Shown here in pieces: positions 29,189-39,762 of a stretch of DNA of 64,000 bases (the first letter of the stretch is position 1; the number at the start of each line of letters is the position of its first letter). Position numbers and translations under genes: made by a program. The stretch covers positions 32,001 to 96,000 of the forward strand of contig JABCTZ010000009.1 of NCBI GenBank assembly GCA_018238155.1. Reading direction: 5' to 3'. The notes under the pieces were generated by a model. It searched no databases. It was not told the origin of the DNA and was given only the letters and a program-made list of their open reading frames with translations. Source of the stretch: Candidatus Heimdallarchaeota archaeon. GTDB taxonomy: Archaea; Asgardarchaeota; Heimdallarchaeia; JABLTI01.

Positions 29189-30172
29189 ATGGATAAAGAA
29201 AAGCTAATTTCAACGATAAAAAAACAGATACCTAATACTCTATTAAATATCAATCTCGAAGGTTATGGTCAAAAGAAAAGCGGAAAAGTACGAGAACTAT
29301 ATTTCCACGATGATAAAGTAATTTTAGTAACTTCAGATCGCATTTCTGCATTCGATGTGATATTAAATCAAGGCATACCTTACAAAGGACAAGCTCTAAA
29401 CCAAACGTCCGAATTTTGGTTCAACGAAACAAAGAAGATAATAAAAAATCATATTGTTGCAATCCCTGACCCAAATGTAATGGTTGTTCAAAGTTGTACT
29501 CCACTAGCTCTAGAAGTTGTAATTAGAGGATATATAACAGGTTCTGCTTGGAGGAGATACAAATATCTGAACGAAAATAATGAACCACTAGTTATCTCCG
29601 GAGTTGAATTTCCAAAAAACCTAAGAAAGAATGAGAAGTTATCCGAACCTGTTTTTACTCCAACAACGAAAGCAACAGAAGGACATGATGAGGAAATCGC
29701 TGCAAAGGAATTGGTTTCACGTGGAATCGTTTCCCAAGAAATAATGGATAAAATTGTTGAAACAGCATTCAAATTATACAAAGAAGGAAATCGCATTGTT
29801 AGCAAACAAGGTGGCATCCTCGTAGATACCAAATATGAATTTGGACTCAATCCCGAAGGAGAACTAGTACTAATCGATGAAGTACATACAGCTGATTCTT
29901 CCAGATATTGGATGCAAGATAAGTATCAAGAACTTTTCGAAAAAGGTGAAAACCAAAAAGGACTCGATAAGGAATATGTTAGAAATTGGTTGCGAGAAAA
30001 TGGATTCACTGGTGAAGGCAATGTTCCTGATTTGTCAGAAAATGTGATAACAAATGCATCCTTAAATGTCATTAATTCATATGCTTTAATAACTGGACAA
30101 GAATTCAAACCAGCTGAAGAGTATTCTTCAAATGAACGAATGCAAAAAAACTTGAACAGCTATTTTAAATGA
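29189..30172 (+). CDS. purC: SAICAR synthetase
   Basis: SGKVRELY, SDRISAFD, TPTTKA, DTKYEFG, DEVHTADSSRYW, DKEYVR. Confidence 0.96.
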   Translation: MDKEKLISTIKKQIPNTLLNINLEGYGQKKSGKVRELYFHDDKVILVTSDRISAFDVILNQGIPYKGQALNQTSEFWFNETKKIIKNHIVAIPDPNVMVVQSCTPLALEVVIRGYITGSAWRRYKYLNENNEPLVISGVEFPKNLRKNEKLSEPVFTPTTKATEGHDEEIAAKELVSRGIVSQEIMDKIVETAFKLYKEGNRIVSKQGGILVDTKYEFGLNPEGELVLIDEVHTADSSRYWMQDKYQELFEKGENQKGLDKEYVRNWLRENGFTGEGNVPDLSENVITNASLNVINSYALITGQEFKPAEEYSSNERMQKNLNSYFK

Positions 30173-30243
30173 CTTGATAAATTGAATCATACAATAAAAT
30201 AAATATCAAATTACATATAGTTATACATACGAGTAAATGGATT

Positions 30244-31467
30244 TTGTTTGAAATGTTGAGAGCTTTTACAAAAAAAGAACTAAAAAATAATGATCATCTA
30301 TCTGGGGATCAATCCAAAATTTTGGGTAATGCTTCAAACATCTCAGGAGATGTAACCAATATTGAAGGAAATGTTGGGAAATTGAAAGGTGATGTTTCGA
30401 ATTTAAAGGGGCTTATTTCAAATATTAAAGGTGATGTTTCGAATATCTCTGGCAATGTTTCTAATATTTCTGGTAATGTATCAAACCTTTCTGGTGTTGT
30501 TAGCAAATTATTGGGAAACACATCAAGAATCTCCGGTGATATTTCCAAAATCGTTGGTTTTGTGACAAATTTACGTGGTAATGTTTCTGAAATTAAAGGG
30601 CAGATTAATTCAAATCCTTTTAACTATAGAGAAGGGATTTATGGCGATGCTTCTAGTATTTCTGGTAATATATCAAATATAGAAGGTGATATTTCCAATT
30701 TAGAGGGGGATGTTTCTAAAATTTCAGGCGATGTGACCTATATCAATGGCGATGTATCTAGACTCAAAGGTTTTGTTGGCAGATACGTAGGATTTCCATC
30801 CGATGAAAATTATTGTGGAATTTTAGGTTATGTTTCCAATATTTCTGGTGATATTTCAAACCTGAAAGGAGAAGTATCAAAAATACAAGGTCCTGTCTCA
30901 AAATTAAGTAGCAGTATGATCAATATTAGCGGTGATATTTCTTCTATCACTGGCAACATTTCTAACCTTTCTGGTGATGTTTCGAAATTATCCGGTGATG
31001 TTAGTAAAATTTCTGGTGATGCTTTTTCGATTACAGGTGATGTATCAAATCTTTCTGGTGATGTCACAAATATTAGTGGTCGAATTAATGGAATTACTGG
31101 TTGTGTTTCTGGACTTGTTGGTATAATTAATAATATCTCTGGTGATACCACATCTATTTGGGGTTACACAAGTAATATCTCTGGTAACGTTTCAAATTGT
31201 AAGGGTGATGTAAGCAATATTAGTGGTGATGTATCAAACATTTCGGGATATGTAAGTAGTTTATCAGGAAACGTATCGAATTTAAGTGGACTTGTTACAA
31301 ATATCTCCGGCAATATGTCCAAAATATCTGGTGATGCATCAAAAATTCGAGGTAAAATATCCAACTTTTCTGGTAATATTTCAAACCTTTCTGGAGATAT
31401 TTCAAAGCTGAAAGGAGATGTAAATAGTTTATCTGGTGATGCTTCCCGTTTAAAAAGCTCAGATTAA
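30244..31467 (+). CDS. Heptad-repeat (SGDVSN[IL]) low-complexity protein
   Basis: About 55 tandem 7-residue units with Gly every 7th residue; synonymous codon variation between units; no signal peptide. Confidence 0.85.
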   Translation: MFEMLRAFTKKELKNNDHLSGDQSKILGNASNISGDVTNIEGNVGKLKGDVSNLKGLISNIKGDVSNISGNVSNISGNVSNLSGVVSKLLGNTSRISGDISKIVGFVTNLRGNVSEIKGQINSNPFNYREGIYGDASSISGNISNIEGDISNLEGDVSKISGDVTYINGDVSRLKGFVGRYVGFPSDENYCGILGYVSNISGDISNLKGEVSKIQGPVSKLSSSMINISGDISSITGNISNLSGDVSKLSGDVSKISGDAFSITGDVSNLSGDVTNISGRINGITGCVSGLVGIINNISGDTTSIWGYTSNISGNVSNCKGDVSNISGDVSNISGYVSSLSGNVSNLSGLVTNISGNMSKISGDASKIRGKISNFSGNISNLSGDISKLKGDVNSLSGDASRLKSSD

Positions 31468-33908
31468 TTTTCATCAATATACTTTGAATTCTTTTTAAAT
31501 AAAGAATTCAGAATTTTTCTATCAACAGAATGAATATGGGAATTAATTTCTAAATAATTTTCAGTCAGATCTGAGATATTAGCATCACAAGAATTAGTGG
31601 ATTCCCATATTGAAATACTCATCAAAGGAAGATCATTCCAGTAGTTCCAGATTGCTTCGAATCTGTCTATTCTAATGATACCTTCGCTTTCATTGAGAGC
31701 ATTGTCCACAATTAATGAAATTGAATATTTATCCTGAACATAGATACTATCAGCAATATCTTTACGATAGACAACATCATCACACATATATGCAATCCAT
31801 CTATTTTCATAATCGATATTTATTTGAAGAACATGATAATCATTTTTAATCCAATTAAATGGTATTATTGTACTCGTGTAGTAAAAGCCTTTAGTTGTAT
31901 AGTTCGCACTAATACCCATTATCAGATGAGTTGAATTTGAAAGGATGTTTGCTCTATAAGTCATATTATTGACTTTGAATAAATCAATAGACAAACCAAA
32001 TGAATGATATTTAGTATAATTATCAATAAAAGTCAAATTCACTTTGACTATTAATTGTTCACCTGTTTGAACAAATAATTTTTCTGAAATCGGAATTTGT
32101 AAAGCTATGCTTGAATAATTAACAACTGAATAGAATTCCAAATGGTTGTTAATTCTTGATCCATTATATTCGTTACTACTTGCATTGCAAGTCCAATCCC
32201 AACCCTCTGAACTCGTAAACCAATTATCGTTATAGCTCTCACCTGTATCTATTAGGTTGTTTTTACTTTCATAACCCGTGAGGTCTCCACTTTCCCATCC
32301 CAGTTTTGAATAATCCATTCTCAATGTTGAACCTGTTTGATTTATTCCATTATCAGTGTATATTGTTGCTAAATAGTTATCAGATATAAATTGCTTATCG
32401 ATAGAAGAATTACGATAAATAATATTATCACATTGGTAAGCTATCCAACCCTTCTCATAATCGATATCAATTCTTAGAACATGAAAAGTATTTTCCTCCC
32501 AAATGAATGGAATAATTGTGGGATATGCTGTTGATTCATTTGCAACAAAATATGGATCCACACCCATTATCAAATGAGTAGAATTTGATGCAATAATTGC
32601 TCGAGACCAATTAGGTTTATCGTATGATAAATCCATTGTAATTCCAAACGTTTCGGTTTGTGAAACATTTGATATAGGCGCCAATCTCGATTCCATAAAA
32701 AGTCTATTACTTTGTCTGTAAACTAAATCGTTTCTAGTTGAAACTCTTAATGCAAGATAAGAACTCTCTATATTCGATCGAAAATCTAAAACACCGTTAT
32801 GCCTATATCCTTGAAAAGTGGTATTTAGAGCTGTGGCAGTCCAATTCCAACCTTCAGAACCAATGGTCCATTGTGCTGTACTATAATTATCACCTGTATC
32901 TTCAATAATACTTGGTAGAACAAATACTGGGAGCCATATTCCTAAAATTCCTGCCTTGGTATCATTACCTAAAACAGGTTCTATTCGAGTTTCTATTACT
33001 TCATTCTTAAACAAATTTTCTGGACTTGATGTTGAAAGCTCTGGTTTATCCTTTTTGAATAGAATGAAGAAAATTGACCAAAGACCAAATTTCGATAATG
33101 AGAAACTGGTATTATATTTTAACAGCTGGTTTGTTTGTATTAAGAAACTATTTGAGTCAATTAATGTTAAATTCATGTTTTCTATTTCATAATTAAGGGT
33201 TTGAGCTTTAGTTTTATTTGTAATCCATATTTCAAGAAAATATTGCGTGTCACTTCTCTCTGAGTTTTGTATATTAAGTGTTAAATCATTTAGTACTTCA
33301 GTACCCGTTCTTACACTTGATACGACTTTTCCTTGATTATTATGTATTGAAATAAAAGTAGCATTCGGTATTTGTGGAGAAAATTGCAATAAATAAACAA
33401 ATGCCCCAAAAGATCCGAGTAGAGAAAGAATAGTTAAACCCGAAAGAATTTTAGTAAAAATTGATTCTCTTTTCCATTTATTAAAAAGAATAACAAACGT
33501 TTTCTTATTTATCTTTGGTGCAGTAAAAGCATCAAAAACGTAATGCCGGGTGATAATGCCTATAATTGCTAGCACTGTATTAGCAAAAATCATAATGAAA
33601 ATTGCTAATTTTAAATTTAATTCACTAATTGATATAAAGATAAATCCTAGAATAGCCGAAATAATTATTGAAGTAAATATGGTAATTGTTAATCGTTCAA
33701 TATCAGTTAAATCCTTTCTTTTATGGAACAAAATGATCGAAAAACAATAACCAGGTAAAAATATCATTATTGCTAATCCAATAATCGAAACAACTAGATT
33801 TGAAGAAAACAATCGAATGAGTCCAAATAACAAGGAAATTAAAATTACAATTAATAAATCCCAATTACTCATTATTTTTTCAAAAATTTTAGTTATTTTG
33901 TAGTCCAT
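31464..33908 (-). CDS. DUF1616 membrane protein with two tandem ~205-aa extracellular domains
   Basis: IFLPGY...LTDIERL DUF1616 motif; repeated DTG..Y...W...SEGWxWT / SNSTHLIMG / HVLxIxIDYE..WIAYxCD blocks; many N-x-S/T sequons. Confidence 0.8.
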   Translation of the reverse strand: MDYKITKIFEKIMSNWDLLIVILISLLFGLIRLFSSNLVVSIIGLAIMIFLPGYCFSIILFHKRKDLTDIERLTITIFTSIIISAILGFIFISISELNLKLAIFIMIFANTVLAIIGIITRHYVFDAFTAPKINKKTFVILFNKWKRESIFTKILSGLTILSLLGSFGAFVYLLQFSPQIPNATFISIHNNQGKVVSSVRTGTEVLNDLTLNIQNSERSDTQYFLEIWITNKTKAQTLNYEIENMNLTLIDSNSFLIQTNQLLKYNTSFSLSKFGLWSIFFILFKKDKPELSTSSPENLFKNEVIETRIEPVLGNDTKAGILGIWLPVFVLPSIIEDTGDNYSTAQWTIGSEGWNWTATALNTTFQGYRHNGVLDFRSNIESSYLALRVSTRNDLVYRQSNRLFMESRLAPISNVSQTETFGITMDLSYDKPNWSRAIIASNSTHLIMGVDPYFVANESTAYPTIIPFIWEENTFHVLRIDIDYEKGWIAYQCDNIIYRNSSIDKQFISDNYLATIYTDNGINQTGSTLRMDYSKLGWESGDLTGYESKNNLIDTGESYNDNWFTSSEGWDWTCNASSNEYNGSRINNHLEFYSVVNYSSIALQIPISEKLFVQTGEQLIVKVNLTFIDNYTKYHSFGLSIDLFKVNNMTYRANILSNSTHLIMGISANYTTKGFYYTSTIIPFNWIKNDYHVLQINIDYENRWIAYMCDDVVYRKDIADSIYVQDKYSISLIVDNALNESEGIIRIDRFEAIWNYWNDLPLMSISIWESTNSCDANISDLTENYLEINSHIHSVDRKILNSLFKKNSKYIDEN

Positions 33909-33923
33909 TATTTTTCCTCCTCA

Positions 33924-35606
33924 TTAAGCAAAACAATAAATTCCTACACTTCCATCGTTATATATTAGCGCAAGATAAGGATTTGAATTAATTAAATCTA
34001 ATCTACTGACAAGGAGACCTCTATTTTCATATGTATCAAAAGCAATTCGATCATTTAATGTCAATAAATCAAGAATTATTATTGTTCTATTGTTAAATCT
34101 TCTAGGTGAAATTTCAACACCTGTTATATATAGATAATTTTGAGAATTAATATAACCTATTTCTTGTGAAATATTGATATCGTTCTCCATATTGTACTGC
34201 AGAAATCGTCCATGCAAATTGAAATCAAACAACAAGCTATCGTTCTCTTCAAAATTTTCATTTATCCATTGAAAGGCAAAAATATTATCTTCATAACGTG
34301 AAGAAACATTGTATCCAAATTGATTGGATGAAATTGAACTTAAAGTCATAATTGTGCTAAGTACTAAGATGGAACCAATTGATACAGTTGCTAGTTTTTT
34401 CTTAGATGCTTTGTTCAAAAGCAAAACACCAAAGATTGGAAACATAATTGATACGTAGAAGAGATTTGATCCTGTTCCTGAATATAAGAGATAATAAATA
34501 ATTTGTGCAAGAATAAGTGAACAACCAATAACTAACCAAATCATTTGTTTAGATTTTGGATCTCTTTTAATTCTGATAAAAAGGACAATAACCGAAACGA
34601 GTAACATAAAAGATGCGATGATATGTAAAAATATATGTGATATCAAGTAGACTTTTCCTGTAGTGGTTGTTACATAATTATACTCAAACAATTTCTCTGC
34701 TAATGGTAAATCACTCTTGCCCAGTAATCTATTAATTATCGGCTCAAAAAAACTGATAATTCCCGCTAAAAATCCTCCTTCTGAGGAAAATCTCTCAGAT
34801 ATAAGAGCAACATAACTTGTGATTAAATCACTTTTTACAGAGAGAGTTAAAATACTAAGAAATGAAATTGCCATAATTGCAAATAATGCAACATTTGTAT
34901 TTAGAAAATCATGTTTGAAATTATCTTTTCTTTTTCTTCTAATTAGAACAAACATCAGCACTGCTGTAATATATACAATAGTTATTGCGCCAAATAAAAC
35001 AATTGCATAAAACGCTGCAGAATGCCACACTCCAATAAGGTATACTATCTCCAAACTCGCTAAAATAAGATATTTTTTAGTATTTTCTTGTTTCATTATT
35101 TTTTGCATACACACTGTAAAATGCAAAACTATTGGTATTGCAAATGCTGCAACATATCCTATTTGGATAAATTTGGTGAAAAAGTAATAACACAATAGGT
35201 ACAAAATACCAAGAATGGATTCCTTTTTGAAATCTTTTAGAACTTCAGTTACAAATGCATAAACTGACAGGGGATATAAAATAAAACCAACTGGTAATAA
35301 TATTAAAGCCGTTGGATTCAGGCTTGTGAGATTATGTGCATACATGAAAAGTCCATGAAGAAATGGAAAAAAGCTGCCATAAATTGAAAAGAAGGATTCG
35401 TTTGATCTATTAATACGCGAAGTGATGAATGCAACAAAAACTTGCTCATATCGTGTAAGAAAGAGTCTTTTAGTAGTTATTAGAAACACAGAAAGAATAA
35501 AAGCTAAACACCAAGAAAAAATTAATATCATTGCTAGATTCTTCTTGGAAAAGATTTTTTTTTTCAAAGGAATCATTATTTCATTTCTGGTAGAAGTTTC
35601 ATTCAA
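33924..35606 (-). CDS. Polytopic membrane protein, DUF2206/GT-C-like
   Basis: About 11-12 TM, conserved-looking WH, C-terminal soluble domain ending LIYNDGSVGIY. Confidence 0.6.
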   Translation of the reverse strand: MNETSTRNEIMIPLKKKIFSKKNLAMILIFSWCLAFILSVFLITTKRLFLTRYEQVFVAFITSRINRSNESFFSIYGSFFPFLHGLFMYAHNLTSLNPTALILLPVGFILYPLSVYAFVTEVLKDFKKESILGILYLLCYYFFTKFIQIGYVAAFAIPIVLHFTVCMQKIMKQENTKKYLILASLEIVYLIGVWHSAAFYAIVLFGAITIVYITAVLMFVLIRRKRKDNFKHDFLNTNVALFAIMAISFLSILTLSVKSDLITSYVALISERFSSEGGFLAGIISFFEPIINRLLGKSDLPLAEKLFEYNYVTTTTGKVYLISHIFLHIIASFMLLVSVIVLFIRIKRDPKSKQMIWLVIGCSLILAQIIYYLLYSGTGSNLFYVSIMFPIFGVLLLNKASKKKLATVSIGSILVLSTIMTLSSISSNQFGYNVSSRYEDNIFAFQWINENFEENDSLLFDFNLHGRFLQYNMENDINISQEIGYINSQNYLYITGVEISPRRFNNRTIIILDLLTLNDRIAFDTYENRGLLVSRLDLINSNPYLALIYNDGSVGIYCFA

Positions 35607-35804
35607 TTCTTTTTCTGACTCCCATTCAATATCACAGTTATTTTATTCTTTCAGTTCATATAAAGTTCTTCTGATATATTCTTCTTACCTTTTAAATTAT
35701 GATAATTAATTCATTTTAAAATATTTTAAAAACATTATTATTGTTAAAAGATAGGTTGAGAATTAGTCTTTAGAATTAATAAAAAATAAGTGATGGTTAA
35801 ACGT

Positions 35805-37595
35805 ATGCCGGGATTAAGCCTTCTCCTTGGAGAAAAACTCTCAGATGCGAGTCTAAAAGATCTCAAACATGAAACTTATATTAATGTCAATAAAATTGAG
35901 CATAAAGATTTCTCATTAGTTTTCTCTGGTTTTAATGGCTATCCTTTTTTTAAAAAAGAAACAAAAGATTATCTAATATACTTAGAAGGGAAAATATATA
36001 ATAAAACTGATAAAGAAATCGAACAAGATTTGGTGAGCTTAATAAATAGCTATTTGAATGAAGGAAATTTTAAAAAACTTCTAAAGAATTTTGTTAGAAG
36101 TAGTAGTGGCGACTTTCTAGTTTTCATTTATTTCTTTGAGAGAAAAAGCTTTCTTTTTTTCAATGATCGTTGGGGTAGATTACAAAGCTTCTATTATCAC
36201 AAAAATAATGTAATAATAATTTCTAGAGAGATAAAGTTCATTTTACATTATTTGGATCACATTCATTATGATAAAATTGGTTTAATTGAGCATTTAGCAA
36301 TAAGATATACTTTTGGGGATCAAACAATATTCAACAATATTAAAAGAACATTGCCAGGTTATCTGCTCAGCAATAATCAGAATGGATTTTTAGCCGAAGA
36401 AAATTTACCAAATGACTTTAGTTTAAAACCCTATAAAGATTATTCAAAAGAAGAGTATGTAAAGAAAGCTAAGGATATCCTGCTTAAATCAACCAAGGAG
36501 TGTTTAAGTAAAACACAAGAATATTATCGATGCATTGACCTTAGTGGAGGATACGATAGCCGAGCAATTTTTTCTTCTGCATATCTCGAAGATGAAAGTG
36601 TTATTCCAATATCAATCAATCTGATTTCTGGTGATGAAAGTTCTGTTGCTGAAAAAGTTGTTGATGTTTATAAAACTCAATTAAAACGAATAAATCCAAT
36701 TCGTGATTTATCTCAAAATTCGGTAATGGTTCAAATCTATAAAACAGATGGTTTAGTAGATGGTCGAATAACTGGTGGTTGTTATCCAAATAGAAAATAT
36801 TTAAATTTAGAGTATGATGGTCCTGTTGCGAGCTATATGGGATTTGGAGGTGAATTTCTAAGACATCCTAAAGTGTATAGAAAATTCCACAAATCAATTA
36901 TTGATGTAATAAAAATAGATTCATTTCCCTTGTTGGTTTCAAATTCAATTATCAATAATATTTGCCGCTGTTTAAATTATAAGCAGAAGGATATCTATAA
37001 TCACTGGAGAGAGTTCTTTGGTAATCACTATAAAGAATCAAAAATGGCAGATAAAATTGCTCATTTCTATTTTGATTATTATAGAATATTCGTTGGTCAA
37101 GGTGAAGATCGTGCTAGAATACATGTTTGGACTGTAAATCCAATGATGTCAAATGATTGGTTACTTTTTTCTAATACAATAATACCAAGACAATTCTGTG
37201 ATTACGACTTTTTTGAACAATTATTGGTGGAAATTGATGAGAAAGTTTCTGTTGCAAATATACCTATTTGGCAGTTAGGTTTTAAGCGGTCTAATCTTTA
37301 CAAGTATATTGTAACACACAAGTTTACTATTAATCTTGGCAAATTCATTACTAAAATTATCTGGATGATTAAATCCAGAAGAACCTCGGAAAGAAAGAAT
37401 TTGATTGAAGCAACATATGAGTTGTATAACTCATCAACGACTATTCAAAATCTCTTTAATATAAAGGACATCCGAAGATTCCACAGAAATGAATTTGGTC
37501 CTAACAACTGGTTCATTTGGCAATTATACTCTACATTCCTATATATGAAAATTATTGAGGAAAGATTTCCAACAAAAGTTTTGAATCAAAAGTAA
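35805..37595 (+). CDS. Asparagine synthetase-like protein lacking the N-terminal Cys
   Basis: NDRWG, DLSGGYDSR PP-loop, GFGGEFLR; likely start MPG at 35805 (alternative GTG 35790). Confidence 0.8.
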   Translation: MPGLSLLLGEKLSDASLKDLKHETYINVNKIEHKDFSLVFSGFNGYPFFKKETKDYLIYLEGKIYNKTDKEIEQDLVSLINSYLNEGNFKKLLKNFVRSSSGDFLVFIYFFERKSFLFFNDRWGRLQSFYYHKNNVIIISREIKFILHYLDHIHYDKIGLIEHLAIRYTFGDQTIFNNIKRTLPGYLLSNNQNGFLAEENLPNDFSLKPYKDYSKEEYVKKAKDILLKSTKECLSKTQEYYRCIDLSGGYDSRAIFSSAYLEDESVIPISINLISGDESSVAEKVVDVYKTQLKRINPIRDLSQNSVMVQIYKTDGLVDGRITGGCYPNRKYLNLEYDGPVASYMGFGGEFLRHPKVYRKFHKSIIDVIKIDSFPLLVSNSIINNICRCLNYKQKDIYNHWREFFGNHYKESKMADKIAHFYFDYYRIFVGQGEDRARIHVWTVNPMMSNDWLLFSNTIIPRQFCDYDFFEQLLVEIDEKVSVANIPIWQLGFKRSNLYKYIVTHKFTINLGKFITKIIWMIKSRRTSERKNLIEATYELYNSSTTIQNLFNIKDIRRFHRNEFGPNNWFIWQLYSTFLYMKIIEERFPTKVLNQK

Positions 37596-37777
37596 GATTT
37601 TTACTTACTATTTTGCTTTATTTATTCTCATTTTTCTAAAAGTTGGTTTTTTTAGTTTTTATTGGTACGCTGGTAAAAATTAATAAAATGTAATTTATTA
37701 GATATAATAAATAAACAACGCGCCGAATTTATAAAAAAGAAAAAAAGTGGAAAATTTGTAAGTAATGAGGTAATTTT

Positions 37778-38764
37778 ATGACCAATGCTAATAATTTCTG
37801 GATTCAAAAGAATGTACTAATTACAGGTGCTTCAGGTTTTTTGGGTAGTTATTTGACTGAAAAATTATCAAATTTGGGTGCAAATATTGTTGCAATTGTT
37901 AGAGATCAAATACCAAAATCGCGATTATTTTATGAACACATTAATCAATCTATATCAATAGTTAACGGAGATATCAATGAATATTCCTTAATCGAAAGGA
38001 CGATAAATGAATATGAAACTGAAATAGTATTTCATCTTGCAGCACAAACCATAGTTCAAATAGCAAATCGATCTCCACTATCTACGTTTGAATCAAATAT
38101 TAAAGGTAGTTGGAATATATTTGAAGCATGTAGGAATTCTGAAACTGTTGAAAGATTGCTTGTCGCATCAAGTGATAAGGCATATGGTCAAAAGAAAAAA
38201 TTACCCTATTTTGAAACTGATACTTTAGATGCAAAACACCCATATGATATTTCAAAAGCAATAACAGATATGTTAGCTCAAGGGTATCATCATACATATG
38301 GATTGCCTGTTGGAATAACACGATGTGGCAATTTATATGGCGGTGGAGATCTCAATTTCAATAGAGTAGTTCCACAAACCATTCGTTCAACATTATTTAA
38401 TCAAAACCCTGAAATTAGAAGTGATGGCACTTTCTTAAGAGATTATTTTTACGTAGAAGATGCTGCAGATTCATATATAATTTTAGCAGAGAATCTCATT
38501 GAGAAAGGACTACAAGGAAATGTTTTCAATTTTGGCACTGGAAATCCTATAAGTGTTTTAGATATAGTAAACAAAATAATTTCAATTTCAGGTAATAGCT
38601 CTTTAAAACCGATTATTAAAAACACTGCAAAAGGTGAGATTAAAGATCAATACCTTTCCTGTGAGAAAGCAGCTAAAACTTTTAACTGGAAACCAGCACA
38701 CTCTTTAGAAGAAGGTTTAAAGAAATCCTTTAAATGGTATAAGAAATGGTTCGAAACGAAATAG
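37778..38764 (+). CDS. NDP-sugar 4,6-dehydratase (CDP-glucose 4,6-dehydratase-like SDR)
   Basis: FWIQKNVLITGASGFLGS, HLAAQ, SSDKAYG, PYDISK, GGGDLN. Confidence 0.88.
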   Translation: MTNANNFWIQKNVLITGASGFLGSYLTEKLSNLGANIVAIVRDQIPKSRLFYEHINQSISIVNGDINEYSLIERTINEYETEIVFHLAAQTIVQIANRSPLSTFESNIKGSWNIFEACRNSETVERLLVASSDKAYGQKKKLPYFETDTLDAKHPYDISKAITDMLAQGYHHTYGLPVGITRCGNLYGGGDLNFNRVVPQTIRSTLFNQNPEIRSDGTFLRDYFYVEDAADSYIILAENLIEKGLQGNVFNFGTGNPISVLDIVNKIISISGNSSLKPIIKNTAKGEIKDQYLSCEKAAKTFNWKPAHSLEEGLKKSFKWYKKWFETK

Positions 38765-39762
38765 AGTATTATTTGGTTTTGATGGAAATGGATAGCATAA
38801 ATTGGAAATCGTTGAATGAAAAAAAGTTTCTAATTACAGGTGGTTTAGGGTTCGTAGGTATAAATCTTGTTTCGAAACTATTAGAGAATGGAATAAAACC
38901 AATAGTTTTTGATTTCCATAATGACTTGTCAAAACTTGATTTTGATTATATTCCATTTCAATTGGATCAGATCGAATATTATAATGTCAATGTTGGAAAT
39001 CAATCAGAATTATTTGAACAAATTAGAAAATTAGATTTTGATATAGTTGTTCATTTAGCATCTATGACTAATTTAACTAAAGATTTTGTCTTTGCAAGAA
39101 AATCTATTCAAATTAATATTATTGGTACGATAAATCTTCTTGAAGTGGTCTCAGATAAACAATTAATGAGTTTTATTTACGTAAGTACGAGTGATGTATA
39201 TGGAGAATTAGACCCTCCATTTAAGGAGTCTCAAAAGATTCAACCTGCATCCCCATATTCTGTTTCTAAAGCTGCAGCAGAAATGTACGCCTTATTATTT
39301 CAAAAAACTGTGAAAATACCTGTAACTATTCTTAGAAGTTTTAATTTGTTTGGAAAATATCAAAGACCTATTAGAATAACACCGATTATTATTGATAAGT
39401 TACTCAAGCAAGAAATTGTTGAATTGACACTAGGAGAACAAAAAAGAGAGTTAAATTTCGTTGAGAATTTATTGGATGCGATTTATCTTTCAATTATCAA
39501 AAAGGAAAGTGTCGGTAAAATAATTAATATTGGTAACGGGAAATCACATAGTATAAGAAACATTGCAGAATTAATTGCAAATAAATTACAAAGAAAAGAT
39601 TTACTTAAATTTGGTGCAATTCCATATCGTCCAAATGAGATTTGGGATATGTACTGTGATAATAGTTTATCAAAAGAAATCCTTGACTGGACACCAAAAA
39701 CCAGTTTAGAAGATGGTCTTGATATAACGATTGAGTGGTTTAAGTCTAAATCTCAAAAATAA
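38746..39762 (+). CDS. NAD-dependent epimerase/dehydratase
   Basis: TGGLGFVG, STSDVYG, PYSVSK; true start probably ATG at 38781 or 38788. Confidence 0.9.
   Translation: MVRNEIEYYLVLMEMDSINWKSLNEKKFLITGGLGFVGINLVSKLLENGIKPIVFDFHNDLSKLDFDYIPFQLDQIEYYNVNVGNQSELFEQIRKLDFDIVVHLASMTNLTKDFVFARKSIQINIIGTINLLEVVSDKQLMSFIYVSTSDVYGELDPPFKESQKIQPASPYSVSKAAAEMYALLFQKTVKIPVTILRSFNLFGKYQRPIRITPIIIDKLLKQEIVELTLGEQKRELNFVENLLDAIYLSIIKKESVGKIINIGNGKSHSIRNIAELIANKLQRKDLLKFGAIPYRPNEIWDMYCDNSLSKEILDWTPKTSLEDGLDITIEWFKSKSQK

Noticed and set aside
30244-31467. CRISPR array or DNA tandem repeat (21-nt period)
   Set aside because: Periodicity derives from a protein heptad with synonymous variation; there are no unique spacers.
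1-37595. RiPP/lasso-peptide cluster (TldD/E, creatininase, ABC exporter, B12 radical SAM, AsnB-like)
   Set aside because: Genes are dispersed among unrelated functions; no precursor peptide, RRE/PqqD, YcaO or lasso B protease seen; the AsnB-like genes sit in a glycan locus.
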